Origin: a virus
Direction: 5' to 3' (one strand)
Virus record (IMG/VR): IMGVR_UViG_3300025887_000010
Coordinates: 62,863 to 126,862 of that record
Length of the DNA stretch: 64,000 nucleotides
Position numbers and translations under genes: made by a program. The notes under the pieces were generated by a model that saw only the letters and a list, made by a program, of their open reading frames with translations, was not told the origin of the DNA and made no database searches. Within the stretch, counting starts at the first letter, position 1, and each line of letters starts with the position of its first letter. Of the stretch, positions 8,252 through 18,386 are shown piece by piece.

Positions 8252-9606
8252 ACGACATACTCGAAAAAGTTCTCGCAGATTATGCTGCAGTCAACTCTTC
8301 TGAACACCTTTTCGAAATCTCGAAGGAATACGCTCACTACGTCGTTGAAGAACGTGCGATCCCATCGATAAAGGACGGTCTCAAATCTTCTCAGCGCATC
8401 GCATTGTGGACGATGAAGCGCTATGTTTCTGGCAACAAGATCAAAACGATTGGTCTTTCAGGCACAGCAACCGCCGTCAACCTCTACAACCACTCCGATC
8501 TCTCGGGAACGATCTCAATGATGACCGGTCCATACGTCAACAATGAGCCATTCTTCAAAGGATATGGTGCGTTCGGTACGATCGTTCGTCCTCGCTCATT
8601 CGGTGCACCACGTTACACATCCGTTGGTATGTCCGACTTCGCTAACAAGGTGATGTTCAAGGACAGCGACATCTACACCATCGTTCCATCCGAGGACGGC
8701 GACTCCGAAATCTGCGAATCGTTTCTGCCATTGCTTCCGACTGTTCTCCTGAACGGCAGCTCCGGTATGGCAATCGGTTATTCGACCGACATTCTTCCAC
8801 ACTCCGCAGAGGATTTGCAACGAGGTGTACTCGACATCCTGAAAGGGAAGAAGATCGCAGACATCGATCCTAAGTTCAAGAAGTATGATGTCAACATCAA
8901 GCGCATCGGCGAATCGTTGAGCTACCTATTCTCGGGCAAGGTCAAAATCCACAACACCACGACCGTCGAAATCCTTTCGATCCCACCTGGTATGACGCTT
9001 ACATCACTCAAAGAACGCCTCGATGATCTAGAAGTACGTGGTCTCATCACACGATACGAAGACCAAGTGTCCGAGCGATTCAGTGTCATCGTCAAGATGC
9101 CTCGCAAAGAACTTGATAGCCGCCAAACTGAAGAAGCATTGAACATGCTCTTCAAAACTCGCTCGAAAATGACCGAACGTCTCATCGTAGTAGGTTTTGA
9201 CGGGCATGTCAAAATATACAAGAACCATCACGATTTGATCTCTGAATGGTGCGATTGGAGATTTTCATTCTATGTGAAGCGCTACGAACGTCTACTTCGC
9301 CTGAACAATGATCGACTCGATTTCCTTCGTGATGTCATGAAATGCTTCGATGCAAATCTACCGAAGGAAATCACACAACACAAAACACGTCAGTCACTCA
9401 CTGATCGGGTTGAAGAAATCTGTGGTCGGCAACGTCCACAGATTGTTGAGTTCGCTACGTACAAGTGGACAGAAGAGTATCGCGACAAAGTGATCGAGGA
9501 GATCGAAGAGCTTGTCACGAAAGGTGAAGAGTTTACTCATCTCGTCAATGATGAGAATGCTCGTCGCAAAGTATTTGCCGAGGAGGTGAAGCAATGTCTA
9601 AAATAG
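8248..9606 (+). CDS. gp52: Type II DNA topoisomerase medium subunit (GyrA/ParC-like)
   Basis: ERAIPSIKDGLKSSQR, YNHSD, GAPRYT (catalytic Tyr), PTVLLNGSSGMAIGYSTDILPH. Confidence 0.95.
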   Translation: MNDILEKVLADYAAVNSSEHLFEISKEYAHYVVEERAIPSIKDGLKSSQRIALWTMKRYVSGNKIKTIGLSGTATAVNLYNHSDLSGTISMMTGPYVNNEPFFKGYGAFGTIVRPRSFGAPRYTSVGMSDFANKVMFKDSDIYTIVPSEDGDSEICESFLPLLPTVLLNGSSGMAIGYSTDILPHSAEDLQRGVLDILKGKKIADIDPKFKKYDVNIKRIGESLSYLFSGKVKIHNTTTVEILSIPPGMTLTSLKERLDDLEVRGLITRYEDQVSERFSVIVKMPRKELDSRQTEEALNMLFKTRSKMTERLIVVGFDGHVKIYKNHHDLISEWCDWRFSFYVKRYERLLRLNNDRLDFLRDVMKCFDANLPKEITQHKTRQSLTDRVEEICGRQRPQIVEFATYKWTEEYRDKVIEEIEELVTKGEEFTHLVNDENARRKVFAEEVKQCLK

Positions 9607-9830
9607 AAAAGAGTGCAATCGATGAATTTCATACATTATCTGTCAACGCTCAAAGTGAGCTCGTTAAATATCGCAGAGAAATTGCTGAGTTTCGGAAAAA
9701 ACCAAACCGAGCTGACTGGTACCACCAAGAAACCAAACTCCAATCCCTCGTCCTCTCTGCAAAAAACCTTGCCGATGAATGCCGCAAACGGTTCGTCATT
9801 CACAATTCTGAAGGAGCGCAAAATGGGTGA
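9594..9830 (+). CDS. Hypothetical protein
   Basis: 78 aa, overlapping the neighbouring genes at both ends. Confidence 0.65.
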   Translation: MSKIEKSAIDEFHTLSVNAQSELVKYRREIAEFRKKPNRADWYHQETKLQSLVLSAKNLADECRKRFVIHNSEGAQNG

Positions 9831-10617
9831 ATTCAAACATCCCATCATTTCTGAATACCACAAGACGACGAAGAAGTCACGTGGTGTCAACACTAAACGA
9901 TTTGGTGTAATCCACTACACAGCAGGTTCGAGATTCAGGCGTGATGTTGAGCTCCTCAGTGTCGATGCCGCACAGGTTTCTTGCCATTACGTGATTTCAC
10001 CAGCTGGCGATGTCGCGAAGATTGGTTCGGACGATGACATCTTGTGGCATGCCGGCAAATCCACATGGAAAGGTTTCAACGGCCTGAACGCTCACTCAAT
10101 TGGTTTTGAGTTGACGAACCCCGGTGAAATGGCCATCTCTGGTAACGAAGCAATTGCATGGTTCGGTGATCGCTATCCGCTGTCTGAGTGTGTCATCAAT
10201 GGCAATAAGGCATATCTTCCGTATGGCTTTCGTCAGATTGATGCTCTTCGCACTTTGAGTGAGGCACTCATTGACTACCACGGTACATTCATTGAGTTTG
10301 TCGGTCATCAGGATATCTCTCCAGATCGAAAGATCGATCCCGGCAATGGCATCATCTTTCCTTACGGCTTCTACGACAAAATGAACGAGTTCATCAACAC
10401 ACGGAAACCAAATACGAAAGTTGACTCTGAGTATATGGACCCAATCAAAATGCGTGTTGATGTGAGTTCAGTTCTAAATGTTCGTTCAGGTCCAGGCACG
10501 ACTTACGAACGAATCGATGCCAAGACGAATGGGGAGAAGATCACAATCGCTCGGAAGAGCGGTGATTGGCTCAAGATCGAGGGCGGTGGTTGGGTCCACC
10601 GGGCGTATGTGAAATGA
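9823..10617 (+). CDS. N-acetylmuramoyl-L-alanine amidase with C-terminal SH3b (endolysin); start revised
   Basis: VIHYTA, SCHYVI, WHAGKS, NAHSIGFE, VGHQDISPDRKIDPG; SH3b-like LNVRSGPGTTY...W....GWV; AAGGAG RBS before ATG 9823. Confidence 0.9.
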   Translation: MGEFKHPIISEYHKTTKKSRGVNTKRFGVIHYTAGSRFRRDVELLSVDAAQVSCHYVISPAGDVAKIGSDDDILWHAGKSTWKGFNGLNAHSIGFELTNPGEMAISGNEAIAWFGDRYPLSECVINGNKAYLPYGFRQIDALRTLSEALIDYHGTFIEFVGHQDISPDRKIDPGNGIIFPYGFYDKMNEFINTRKPNTKVDSEYMDPIKMRVDVSSVLNVRSGPGTTYERIDAKTNGEKITIARKSGDWLKIEGGGWVHRAYVK

Positions 10618-10823
10618 AGAACATGAAAATGCACGATCACATGTCTTCATTCCAGATTCACAAAACACGAAATCTCCCTAACGGGGGTTTCGTTGATCTC
10701 TTCTCACTCGAAGGCGAACTCAAAACTCAGCATATGGAGTTCTCTCACAGGGATGCAGATGGCGTCAACGTGTTCAATCAGACGAAGGTTGTCGCCGGGG
10801 ATTCATTCGACTCGATCGTGTAA
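10614..10823 (+). CDS. Hypothetical protein
   Basis: ATGA overlap with the endolysin stop. Confidence 0.55.
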   Translation: MKNMKMHDHMSSFQIHKTRNLPNGGFVDLFSLEGELKTQHMEFSHRDADGVNVFNQTKVVAGDSFDSIV

Positions 10824-10827
10824 AATA
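10821..10827 (+). promoter_or_regulatory. Candidate late promoter TAAAATA
   Basis: Immediately upstream of the gp48-gp53-gp4 run; the same heptamer precedes other virion genes. Confidence 0.5.
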
Positions 10828-10857
10828 ACCAACAGAGCTTGAAAAGGACACACTCTG

Positions 10858-11013
10858 ATGAAGCAGTGGATCATCAAACTTAGGATGTCCGATCAGTCGG
10901 TCGTCCGAACTGTCGTTTTCGCTGAAAATACGACAAACGCCGTACGTGTAGCGACTGCTCAGTTTTCCGGAGCAGAGATCACGTCACAACCTGAGGAAAT
11001 GAGAACAGAGTGA
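10858..11013 (+). CDS. Hypothetical 51 aa protein (not in the ORF track)
   Basis: AAAAGGA RBS; MKQWIIKLRM...; GTGA overlap with gp48. Confidence 0.6.
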   Translation: MKQWIIKLRMSDQSVVRTVVFAENTTNAVRVATAQFSGAEITSQPEEMRTE

Positions 11014-11741
11014 AGTCTTTCGACCTATCCCAATCCGAAAACCTACCATCGGTGACAATCGAGAGTTTGGCGTTTCAGTCATTCGCCACAACTGGTGAGC
11101 GTCAATCACAGGTTCAGTTGACACTCGGTGAACGTCAATCTCTTGGTACCAACCTTATCGCGACTCTTCCCATTCCAGATCAGATGCAGTTTTCATCAGA
11201 CTGGAATTGGTCAGTTGAAGACCGATCGATCGTGCAGAACCTCGTCTCTAATGTCGGTGACCTTCGTGGTTCCTCGTTCGAAGACTTTCAGAAGGCAATC
11301 ACGAACATTGCTGGACGAACCGCGATTCGAGCTGGTGATCTGTTTGGTACAAGATCAGCTGGTCAAAATCTTGGGGTCGCACAAAACACACTGAAAGAAA
11401 TCTTCTTCGATGGTGTGCAGAATCGGACGTTCACCTGGGAATGGAAGTTTGCTCCTCGGTCACCACAGGAATACGTTCGAACGAAAGAGTTTATCGCACT
11501 GACAAAGCGTGCAGCCTCACCTGAAAAGACAGCAGGCGCACTTTTCCGAATTCCTGACTCGTTTCGCATTTCGTTCAATGACATTGACCTTCCTGTGATC
11601 AAGGAATGTGCATGCACCAATATTTCCGACAACTACAGCGACTCAGGCAAGATTCGCATTCACAGTGATGGTAATCCAGCGTTCATCAATCTCGCGATGA
11701 CCTTCACTGAAATCGACATCAATGACAGGAACGACTTCTGA
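11010..11741 (+). CDS. gp48: Baseplate tail-tube cap
   Basis: FDGVQNRTFTWEWKFAPRS, C-terminal LAMTFTEID. Confidence 0.8.
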   Translation: MKSFDLSQSENLPSVTIESLAFQSFATTGERQSQVQLTLGERQSLGTNLIATLPIPDQMQFSSDWNWSVEDRSIVQNLVSNVGDLRGSSFEDFQKAITNIAGRTAIRAGDLFGTRSAGQNLGVAQNTLKEIFFDGVQNRTFTWEWKFAPRSPQEYVRTKEFIALTKRAASPEKTAGALFRIPDSFRISFNDIDLPVIKECACTNISDNYSDSGKIRIHSDGNPAFINLAMTFTEIDINDRNDF

Positions 11742-12313
11742 TGGCATTCTTCAGCGACTTTGGAACGAAGCAATTTTCGATCAACGGGGTCGAGTACGAA
11801 GTTGAGGACATCACTAAACGAGTCAGCAACTTCCCGAACAACTGGTACAATCTCACCTACATCGAGGACTTCTATATCCAATCTGGTGTGCGTCCTGACC
11901 AGCTTGCGAACCAGCTCTATGGTGACGTCAATCTGTGGTGGACATTCTACATTCTGAATGGTCTCACTGATGCTGATTGGCCACTTGACGATTCCGTCAT
12001 AAACGACGAAATCCTCTCGATGTACAACAACTACCAGATCAATTCACCAGTGAAGTCCACTCGTTTCGAATCAAGCTTCGCAGCGGATGGCAAAGCCATA
12101 TCTCACCAATCAGCTCTCGCGATGTATGCATCTCCTACCCGAATGGCAGTGATGAGATCAAAGCAGGTTGGCAAATTCTACGAATGGGAACAGAAGAACT
12201 CTCTCCGCGACAAGATGCTCGCAGACAACGAGTCGAAGCGAAGCATCAAGATCGTATCGACCGATTTTATCTACGATTTTGCGAGAGATTTCAAATTCAA
12301 GATCAAAAGTTGA
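11741..12313 (+). CDS. gp53: Baseplate wedge subunit
   Basis: MAFFSDF...IQSGVRPDQLANQLYGDVNLWW (LysM-like). Confidence 0.85.
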   Translation: MAFFSDFGTKQFSINGVEYEVEDITKRVSNFPNNWYNLTYIEDFYIQSGVRPDQLANQLYGDVNLWWTFYILNGLTDADWPLDDSVINDEILSMYNNYQINSPVKSTRFESSFAADGKAISHQSALAMYASPTRMAVMRSKQVGKFYEWEQKNSLRDKMLADNESKRSIKIVSTDFIYDFARDFKFKIKS

Positions 12314-12314
12314 A

Positions 12315-12767
12315 ATGACCCGACCTCGCAAAACACAATTCTTTCCGAAGAATCCAGACAAGTATGTTGGTGATCCGACGAACATCATCTGTCGCTCGTC
12401 CTGGGAGAGGTTTTTCTGCCACTATGTTGATGTCAACAAAAATGTGAGGAAGTGGCACTCAGAAGAGACCATCATCAAATACATTTCACCACTAGATGAG
12501 GATTGGCATCGCTACTATGTGGACTTCACTCTCGAAATGACAGACGGTCGTCATGTGTTGGTTGAAGTCAAACCCTATAAGGAGACTGTCCCACCACCTC
12601 TACCGAAGAAGAAAACTCGAAAGGCCATTGACCGTCATCAACATGAGCTAAAAACCTATGCCGTCAATCAGGCAAAGTGGATGTATGCTCGTGCTGCAGC
12701 AAAGAAAGGTGGAGCAGAATTCGTTGTCTTTACTGAGAACGAGCTTCGCAAATTTGGTATGCCCTGA
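12315..12767 (+). CDS. gp4: Head completion nuclease (start revised)
   Basis: PKNPDKYVGDPTNIICRSSWE, WHSEE, HRYYVDF, LVEVKP. Confidence 0.92.
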   Translation: MTRPRKTQFFPKNPDKYVGDPTNIICRSSWERFFCHYVDVNKNVRKWHSEETIIKYISPLDEDWHRYYVDFTLEMTDGRHVLVEVKPYKETVPPPLPKKKTRKAIDRHQHELKTYAVNQAKWMYARAAAKKGGAEFVVFTENELRKFGMP

Positions 12768-12834
12768 AAACGAATATCAACTTTGAGCAAAATATACGAA
12801 ATACACGAACACATATGGATGAAAGGAATTCAGG

Positions 12835-15309
12835 ATGACGAGAGTAAATCGCGTCTCGCCGGGTATCACGACTCGGGAGATCAATCTCACTCAGACTGTC
12901 AGCGCCAATAGCGGACTGCAATCTGCCGTTTGCGGGCTTTATGGATGGGGACCTGTCGATGTTCCTACATTGCTTGACAGTGAAAACGAACAAGTGCAAA
13001 TTTTCGGCGAACCAAATGACGCTAACTTCGCCACATGGTTTCTGTCCGCAGAGTTTCTCGCAGAGAATGCCGGTTGTTTCGTCACTCGAATCGTACCAGC
13101 TGATGCATACAACGCATCTCTCGGTGGAGTCGGCATCGCCGGCACAGTCGATTCGAATGTAGTAAATGGCGAAGTCGCTTCTGTTGCAATCAACACTGCA
13201 GGCTCTGGCTACACAGTCGGCGATATTGTGACAATCACTGGTGGATCAGTCAGTCTTGCTGAAGCTCAGATCACAGCGATCGACGGTGCTGGTGGGATCA
13301 CTGGAATCGATCTGAAATCGAACGGCTCCGGTTATGCAGCTGCAGGAACTGGTGTTGCACTCATCTCGAAGAACGACTTTGTCGTGAAGAACTTCGACGA
13401 ATACAACGACGGCAACCTCACATTGCCTGAAGTCATCGCTTCCTATCCCGGTGAACTCGGCAACAACATCGGTGTGACAGTCGTTCGTGCTTCCGAATTC
13501 TACGGAAACCAATTCGAAACTTCGTTCAGCAAAGCTCCCACGGCTGTTGAGCAATTCTTCGATGGCGACGGCATCACCGAAACATTCACACTCGGCGCAT
13601 CCTTCTTGACTGCAACAGATGTTGAAGTCACCGTCAATGGTGTCACAATTGCTGAAGGTGTCAATCCTGGCGAATGGCAGAAAACTGCATCGGTTCTTTC
13701 GATCACTCCTGACATCGAGAACTTCAATGGCGACGGAATCACTAGCGAATTCGTCATCCTGAACGTGAATGAACTCGACCTCTTCACATCTCACGTGGTT
13801 GTCGACGGCGTCACATTGATCGCTGACTTCAACAAGACTGGTCACATTCCAATCGGATACTTTGACATCGATCCTTCAACCGGACTGTTGACTGTCGGTA
13901 CGAATCTTGAAACATTGTCTGGCGACGGCACGACAACTGTTCGCTCGATCACCACGACAGATTCGATCACTGCAGCGAACGTTCGCGTATATGTTGACGG
14001 CGTCGAGCTTTCACCTGTCGCGATCGCACCTGCTGCTGGTGAAGTTCAAGTTGAATCTGCTGTTGGCGGATATGACTTCACCTTCTTCACAGCTCCTGGA
14101 AGCGGTATTGGCAACATCGAGATCGAATGGGGTTTCCCAATCATCGGTGTCGACAACGTTGCAGTCACCTACGGTCTACCACTTGGTGACGAATCGCTGA
14201 AAGTGTTCCACACTCAAACTGGTGTTCACGTTGTCGTATACGATCGCGAAACAAACAAAGTCCTTGAGCGCTACACGAATCTCTCGACTGAATCCACTTC
14301 GAAGTTCGCCAACGGCATCAGCAACTACTACCCTGAGTATGTCTCACGTGTTTCGAGCTACATCCGCATCACTGGCGATATGACGAACTTCGGCGACAGC
14401 ATCCTCACAGGTGGTGCCAACGGTTCTGCATTGACAGATGCTGACTATCAGAATGCTTTCGCTCGCATGTCCAACAAAGAGGACTTCGACATACAGTATC
14501 TGATCGATCCATGTGTGAGTGCGAACGTTTCGCAATATCTGATCAACATCGCGGAAACCCGTGAAGATGCAGTTGCATTCGTCGGATCAACTCAAGATGT
14601 CACAGTCGCAAATCCTGGCCGAGAACTGAACAGCATTCTCGATTTTGCTGCACTTCTGCCGACTTCTTCGTATGGTATCTTCAACCCAACGTGGATTCGC
14701 ATCTATGATCGCTACAATGCGAAGGAACGCTGGATTCCGTCAACCGGTACTGACGCTGGTCTTTACGCTCGAACACATCGGGACAACAATTTGTGGACGG
14801 CTACTGCTGGTTACACACGCGGCAGCTATCGTCGGGCGCGTCAAGTTTCATTCTTGCCATCAGAAGCTCAACAGAACACTCTCTACGCGAATGACATCAA
14901 CTACGTCAAACGCAACAAGGGTGTTGGCTTCTTCCTGTTTGGTCAGAAGACTCTCGCTCGCACAGAGGATGCATTCAACCGCGCGAATGTTCGATTCTTG
15001 TCGATTCACATCAAGCGCGGAGTGTCTGATGCTCTGAAGTTTGCTATCGGTGAAATCAATGACGAGATCACTCGTGCATCTGTTCGCAATCTACTGAATC
15101 CGTTCATGCGCGACATCTTCGCACAACGAGGCGTTTACGAATACGACGTCCGTTGTGATGGCGACAACAACCCAGCCGAAGTGATCGATGCGAACGAACT
15201 GATCGTTCAAATCTATCTGCAGCCTACACGAACCGTCGAGTTCATCGGTCTCGAACTGATCTACACGCAAACCGGAATTTCATTCCAAGAGGTTCGTCTT
15301 ACGAACTAA
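12835..15309 (+). CDS. gp18: Tail sheath protein with inserted repeat domains
   Basis: SPGITTREINLT, WGPVD, C-terminal GQKTL...AFNRANVRFL, EINDEITR, DGDNNPAEVIDANEL, PTRTVEFI. Confidence 0.95.
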   Translation: MTRVNRVSPGITTREINLTQTVSANSGLQSAVCGLYGWGPVDVPTLLDSENEQVQIFGEPNDANFATWFLSAEFLAENAGCFVTRIVPADAYNASLGGVGIAGTVDSNVVNGEVASVAINTAGSGYTVGDIVTITGGSVSLAEAQITAIDGAGGITGIDLKSNGSGYAAAGTGVALISKNDFVVKNFDEYNDGNLTLPEVIASYPGELGNNIGVTVVRASEFYGNQFETSFSKAPTAVEQFFDGDGITETFTLGASFLTATDVEVTVNGVTIAEGVNPGEWQKTASVLSITPDIENFNGDGITSEFVILNVNELDLFTSHVVVDGVTLIADFNKTGHIPIGYFDIDPSTGLLTVGTNLETLSGDGTTTVRSITTTDSITAANVRVYVDGVELSPVAIAPAAGEVQVESAVGGYDFTFFTAPGSGIGNIEIEWGFPIIGVDNVAVTYGLPLGDESLKVFHTQTGVHVVVYDRETNKVLERYTNLSTESTSKFANGISNYYPEYVSRVSSYIRITGDMTNFGDSILTGGANGSALTDADYQNAFARMSNKEDFDIQYLIDPCVSANVSQYLINIAETREDAVAFVGSTQDVTVANPGRELNSILDFAALLPTSSYGIFNPTWIRIYDRYNAKERWIPSTGTDAGLYARTHRDNNLWTATAGYTRGSYRRARQVSFLPSEAQQNTLYANDINYVKRNKGVGFFLFGQKTLARTEDAFNRANVRFLSIHIKRGVSDALKFAIGEINDEITRASVRNLLNPFMRDIFAQRGVYEYDVRCDGDNNPAEVIDANELIVQIYLQPTRTVEFIGLELIYTQTGISFQEVRLTN

Positions 15310-15311
15310 GT

Positions 15312-15331
15312 GAGGAGCCTTCGGGCTCTTC
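15312..15331 (+). terminator. UUCG-loop hairpin between gp18 and gp19
   Basis: GAGGAGCC-TTCG-GGCTCTTC; U-tail is weak. Confidence 0.6.
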
Positions 15332-15362
15332 ATCACACGTTTGACAATTGGAGAACAAGAGA

Positions 15363-15986
15363 ATGTCAGAATCACGAATCACGAACTTTAACCGGTTGAA
15401 CTTTGCCGCTGGTGTCGGTAACGTTGCAAACCAAAACGAATTCTACGCGAACGTCACACTTCCGATCGACCTTGAAGGGCTTTTTCCAGAAGCTGAAGCG
15501 TTCAAGCAGAAGATAGGCTTTGCCTGTCAGTCTTCCGGTGTTCCCGACATGACTGTTGGCGAAATCGCCATTCCGTTCCGATCTCAAATGGTCCGCCTTC
15601 CTGGCGACCGTGACCGATCAGGTGTATTGACGATGACGGTTCGAACAGACGTCGACTACAAACTTCGCGACGTTTTTGAACGTTGGTCGGATGCATTGGG
15701 TGGCACCGTCAATGGTGACGTCATCAATGATCTCGATCTCGATGTCATGAAGCTCTTGGGTCAAGGCGAATTGCATCAGCTTTCCCGCAATGGCAAGATT
15801 TTGAAGAGCTGGTCATTCGACGGAATCTGGCCTCAGACCGTAAGTGGTATCACCTTTGATTGGGGATCAGCCAACTCGGTCGTGACACATGACGTCACAT
15901 TCGCATTCCAACATATGGAGTCTCGCACGACTCGCAACAACGTCATCTCGGCAGCTGATGGGCTTTCGGGTAGCATCATCTTTTAA
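15363..15986 (+). CDS. gp19: Tail tube protein
   Basis: GEIAIPFRSQMVRLPGDR, TMTVRTD, FDGIWPQTVSGITFDW; directly after the sheath gene. Confidence 0.88.
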   Translation: MSESRITNFNRLNFAAGVGNVANQNEFYANVTLPIDLEGLFPEAEAFKQKIGFACQSSGVPDMTVGEIAIPFRSQMVRLPGDRDRSGVLTMTVRTDVDYKLRDVFERWSDALGGTVNGDVINDLDLDVMKLLGQGELHQLSRNGKILKSWSFDGIWPQTVSGITFDWGSANSVVTHDVTFAFQHMESRTTRNNVISAADGLSGSIIF

Positions 15987-15995
15987 GGAAGCATC

Positions 15996-16484
15996 ATGAA
16001 GAATATTTTTGAAGCCATCACGGCCACACTTTCACAAAAAAACGAAGACGAAACTCTTCACCAGGTCAATGAAGACGATCTGGTGAAGGTCAGCGACTAC
16101 GATCTCGCAAACGCTTTTACAACCATGATGGTCAATCTCTATGGTGGAGAAAGGGTCAAACCAGCGTCTATCAAGCGAATCTCACCCAAACAGATTGAGT
16201 TCTTTCTCGAAATCCCAGGCGGCCTTCTTGGAGCACTATACGAAAAGATGTCAGTTCGGGTGAATCTTGAAGAAGCATATGCCACCGACGGAAGTGGTGT
16301 TGCTACTCTTGCGATGTTTAACTTCGACTACAAGTGGACTCACACGACCGGCGGTCGCAATGGATTGCTTGTTCGAAACATGGGTTTCTTCAGTATCGAC
16401 AGTCGTGGAATGCTCAATCATCTGAAGTCTTATCGAACAGACAGTGAAGCATCTCGCGATCTGCGAAAGTACGGATTCGCATAG
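15996..16484 (+). CDS. Hypothetical protein, possibly virion-associated
   Basis: RBS AAGGA; MKNIFEAI...NEDE N-terminus; lies inside the structural cluster. Confidence 0.75.
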   Translation: MKNIFEAITATLSQKNEDETLHQVNEDDLVKVSDYDLANAFTTMMVNLYGGERVKPASIKRISPKQIEFFLEIPGGLLGALYEKMSVRVNLEEAYATDGSGVATLAMFNFDYKWTHTTGGRNGLLVRNMGFFSIDSRGMLNHLKSYRTDSEASRDLRKYGFA

Positions 16485-16529
16485 AGTTTATTTTGAACTC
16501 TTCATCGCTAAATCGATCTCCAATTGACA

Positions 16530-16617
16530 TCAGAGGTTCCCAGTGTTTCGCTGGGAACCTTTGTTGTTCGTGACTGTGTAATATATTTGAGGTTATTCAT
16601 TGAACTCAGTGAACTCC
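16530..16617 (+). repeat. Conserved ~88 bp intergenic element, copy 1 (most divergent)
   Basis: TCAGAGG-hairpin(AGGTTCCCAGTG/CGCTGGGAACCT)-ATATATT-ACTCAGTGAACTC. Confidence 0.6.
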
Positions 16618-16639
16618 TGGTTAACCCGAAGGAAATTCC

Positions 16640-17161
16640 ATGTCTCATGCCGAAATCAGAGAGCTCGTAAAGCAATCTCAGTCATTCGTCCGCACTAACC
16701 AGTTTCGAGTAGAGTTTACGCTGCCATCAGGTCTCAAGGAATTTGACATTCGGCGATTGTCTCTGAACTGTCACACGGCCAAGATTCCTGGTTACTCGAT
16801 CGAGAACTACACCCATGCGATTTCGGGTGCTCCTGAGACTCAGCATGCTGCAACGACAAAATATGTAGAAGCGAGTTTCGGTTTCTACCAATCGAAAGAC
16901 TTCCATGAATTCGACGTTTTCGATGAATGGAGAAAGATCATTGTCGACACTGAGACTGGAAAGCTTGGCTACTTCAATGACTACACGACCTCAATTTATG
17001 TCATCCCCCTTCTTTCGAACGATCGAAGGCTACGAACGATCGAGCTTCTCGATTGCAAACCAACGACGATGGGTGAAACTGATCTGAGCTTCAAATCTCA
17101 AAACGAGATTGCCGAGCTCACTGTCTCGATGAGCTACACTCGTTATAGAACTGTCACTTAA
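16640..17161 (+). CDS. gp54: Baseplate tail-tube initiator
   Basis: RTNQFRVEF, LNCHTAKIPG, FDEWRKII, LTVSMSYTRY (tube-like paralog). Confidence 0.8.
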   Translation: MSHAEIRELVKQSQSFVRTNQFRVEFTLPSGLKEFDIRRLSLNCHTAKIPGYSIENYTHAISGAPETQHAATTKYVEASFGFYQSKDFHEFDVFDEWRKIIVDTETGKLGYFNDYTTSIYVIPLLSNDRRLRTIELLDCKPTTMGETDLSFKSQNEIAELTVSMSYTRYRTVT

Positions 17162-17175
17162 CTGGAGAGAACACA

Positions 17176-17874
17176 ATGGGTCTTCCTAAGATTACACAAA
17201 CCAAAACGTCTGTCACACTTCCTTCTGGGAAGAAGATTCGAATTCGACCATTTGTCGGATCCGAAGAAAAGGCACTGCTCATGTCAAAGCAATCGACTCA
17301 GAAGGGTGATCGAATCAATGCAGCGATGGATGTGCTTTCGAGCTGTTCCGACTATGATGTCTCGAAGTTTCCAATGACAGATTTCGAATTCCTCTTCATG
17401 AAGGCCTACGAAATCTCTGTCAGTCAGACGATAGACATCGGTCTTCGTTGTCGAGCCAAGGATTGCGAAGAAGTCCTTTCCGCTTCCATCCCACTTGATC
17501 AGATCGAAGTTCCGAAGCTCGAGAAGAAACGCTGTAAGATCGACGTCGGCCTTGATGAAAATGGCGATCCTGTCAAGCTCTTCATTCGAATTCCTACCGT
17601 TGGTGAAGCTCTTAAAGTTCAGGATGATGAAAATGCAGACGTTCGACTCATCTTCGAGTGCCTTGAGGGTGTGTATGTCAAGGATGAAAAGGCTGAAATC
17701 GACGACTTCGCAGAGTTCGAAGATTGGTTCATGAGTCAACAGGACCTGTATCGAAAATGCACAGTCTTTCTCAACTCCATTCCTCGGATCGAGTTCGTTC
17801 GTGATTGGGAATGTCCTTCATGCAAGCACCAAAATCACACCGTCATGAGGGGATTCGACTCTTTTTTCTCCTAA
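17176..17874 (+). CDS. gp26: Baseplate hub subunit
   Basis: MGLPKI...LPSGKKIRIRPFVGSEEKALL, DFEFLF, C-terminal CPSC and GFDSFF. Confidence 0.9.
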   Translation: MGLPKITQTKTSVTLPSGKKIRIRPFVGSEEKALLMSKQSTQKGDRINAAMDVLSSCSDYDVSKFPMTDFEFLFMKAYEISVSQTIDIGLRCRAKDCEEVLSASIPLDQIEVPKLEKKRCKIDVGLDENGDPVKLFIRIPTVGEALKVQDDENADVRLIFECLEGVYVKDEKAEIDDFAEFEDWFMSQQDLYRKCTVFLNSIPRIEFVRDWECPSCKHQNHTVMRGFDSFFS

Positions 17875-17876
17875 TC

Positions 17877-18056
17877 ATGGCGTATTCTAACATAGGTGTG
17901 TTCTACAACACGGTCTCGACCATGAAGATGGCGCAGGCTGGAACCTGGACGATTGGAGAGATTGAAGCTCTCACACCAATGGAACGATCAATGCACATCG
18001 AACTCATGACGACCTATCTAAAAGAGCTTGCTCGACGGGATAAAATAGTCAAATAG
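17877..18056 (+). CDS. gp51: Baseplate hub assembly catalyst-like protein
   Basis: WTIGEIEALTPMERSMHI; follows gp26 as in T4-likes. Confidence 0.75.
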   Translation: MAYSNIGVFYNTVSTMKMAQAGTWTIGEIEALTPMERSMHIELMTTYLKELARRDKIVK

Positions 18057-18089
18057 TCATCAAATAGATGAAAATGAGTTGGATACCCC

Positions 18090-18377
18090 ATGACTGACAA
18101 AACCTTTGAAGAATTTCTAAAGGCCCGATGGACGTACCGCCGTCGGGTCATGTTCACGACACTCTGCTTCTACTTCTCTTCGATCGCCTTCATTCTCTAC
18201 AAGGCCGATCCTGCAGATATCGGACACTACAACGGGATGCTGGTTCAGCTGACGATCTCGTTCTCCACAGTTTCAGTTGCCTACTTCGGCGCATCCTCTT
18301 ACGAGAGAGTGAACCAAGATGTTCAGAAGGACTTGGCGAATTTCAACGAGACGATGCGAGACAAGCTCGACAAGTAA
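18090..18377 (+). CDS. Two-TM membrane protein, holin candidate
   Basis: WTYRRRVMF followed by two hydrophobic segments and a charged tail. Confidence 0.5.
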   Translation: MTDKTFEEFLKARWTYRRRVMFTTLCFYFSSIAFILYKADPADIGHYNGMLVQLTISFSTVSVAYFGASSYERVNQDVQKDLANFNETMRDKLDK

Positions 18378-18386
18378 GGAAAAACG

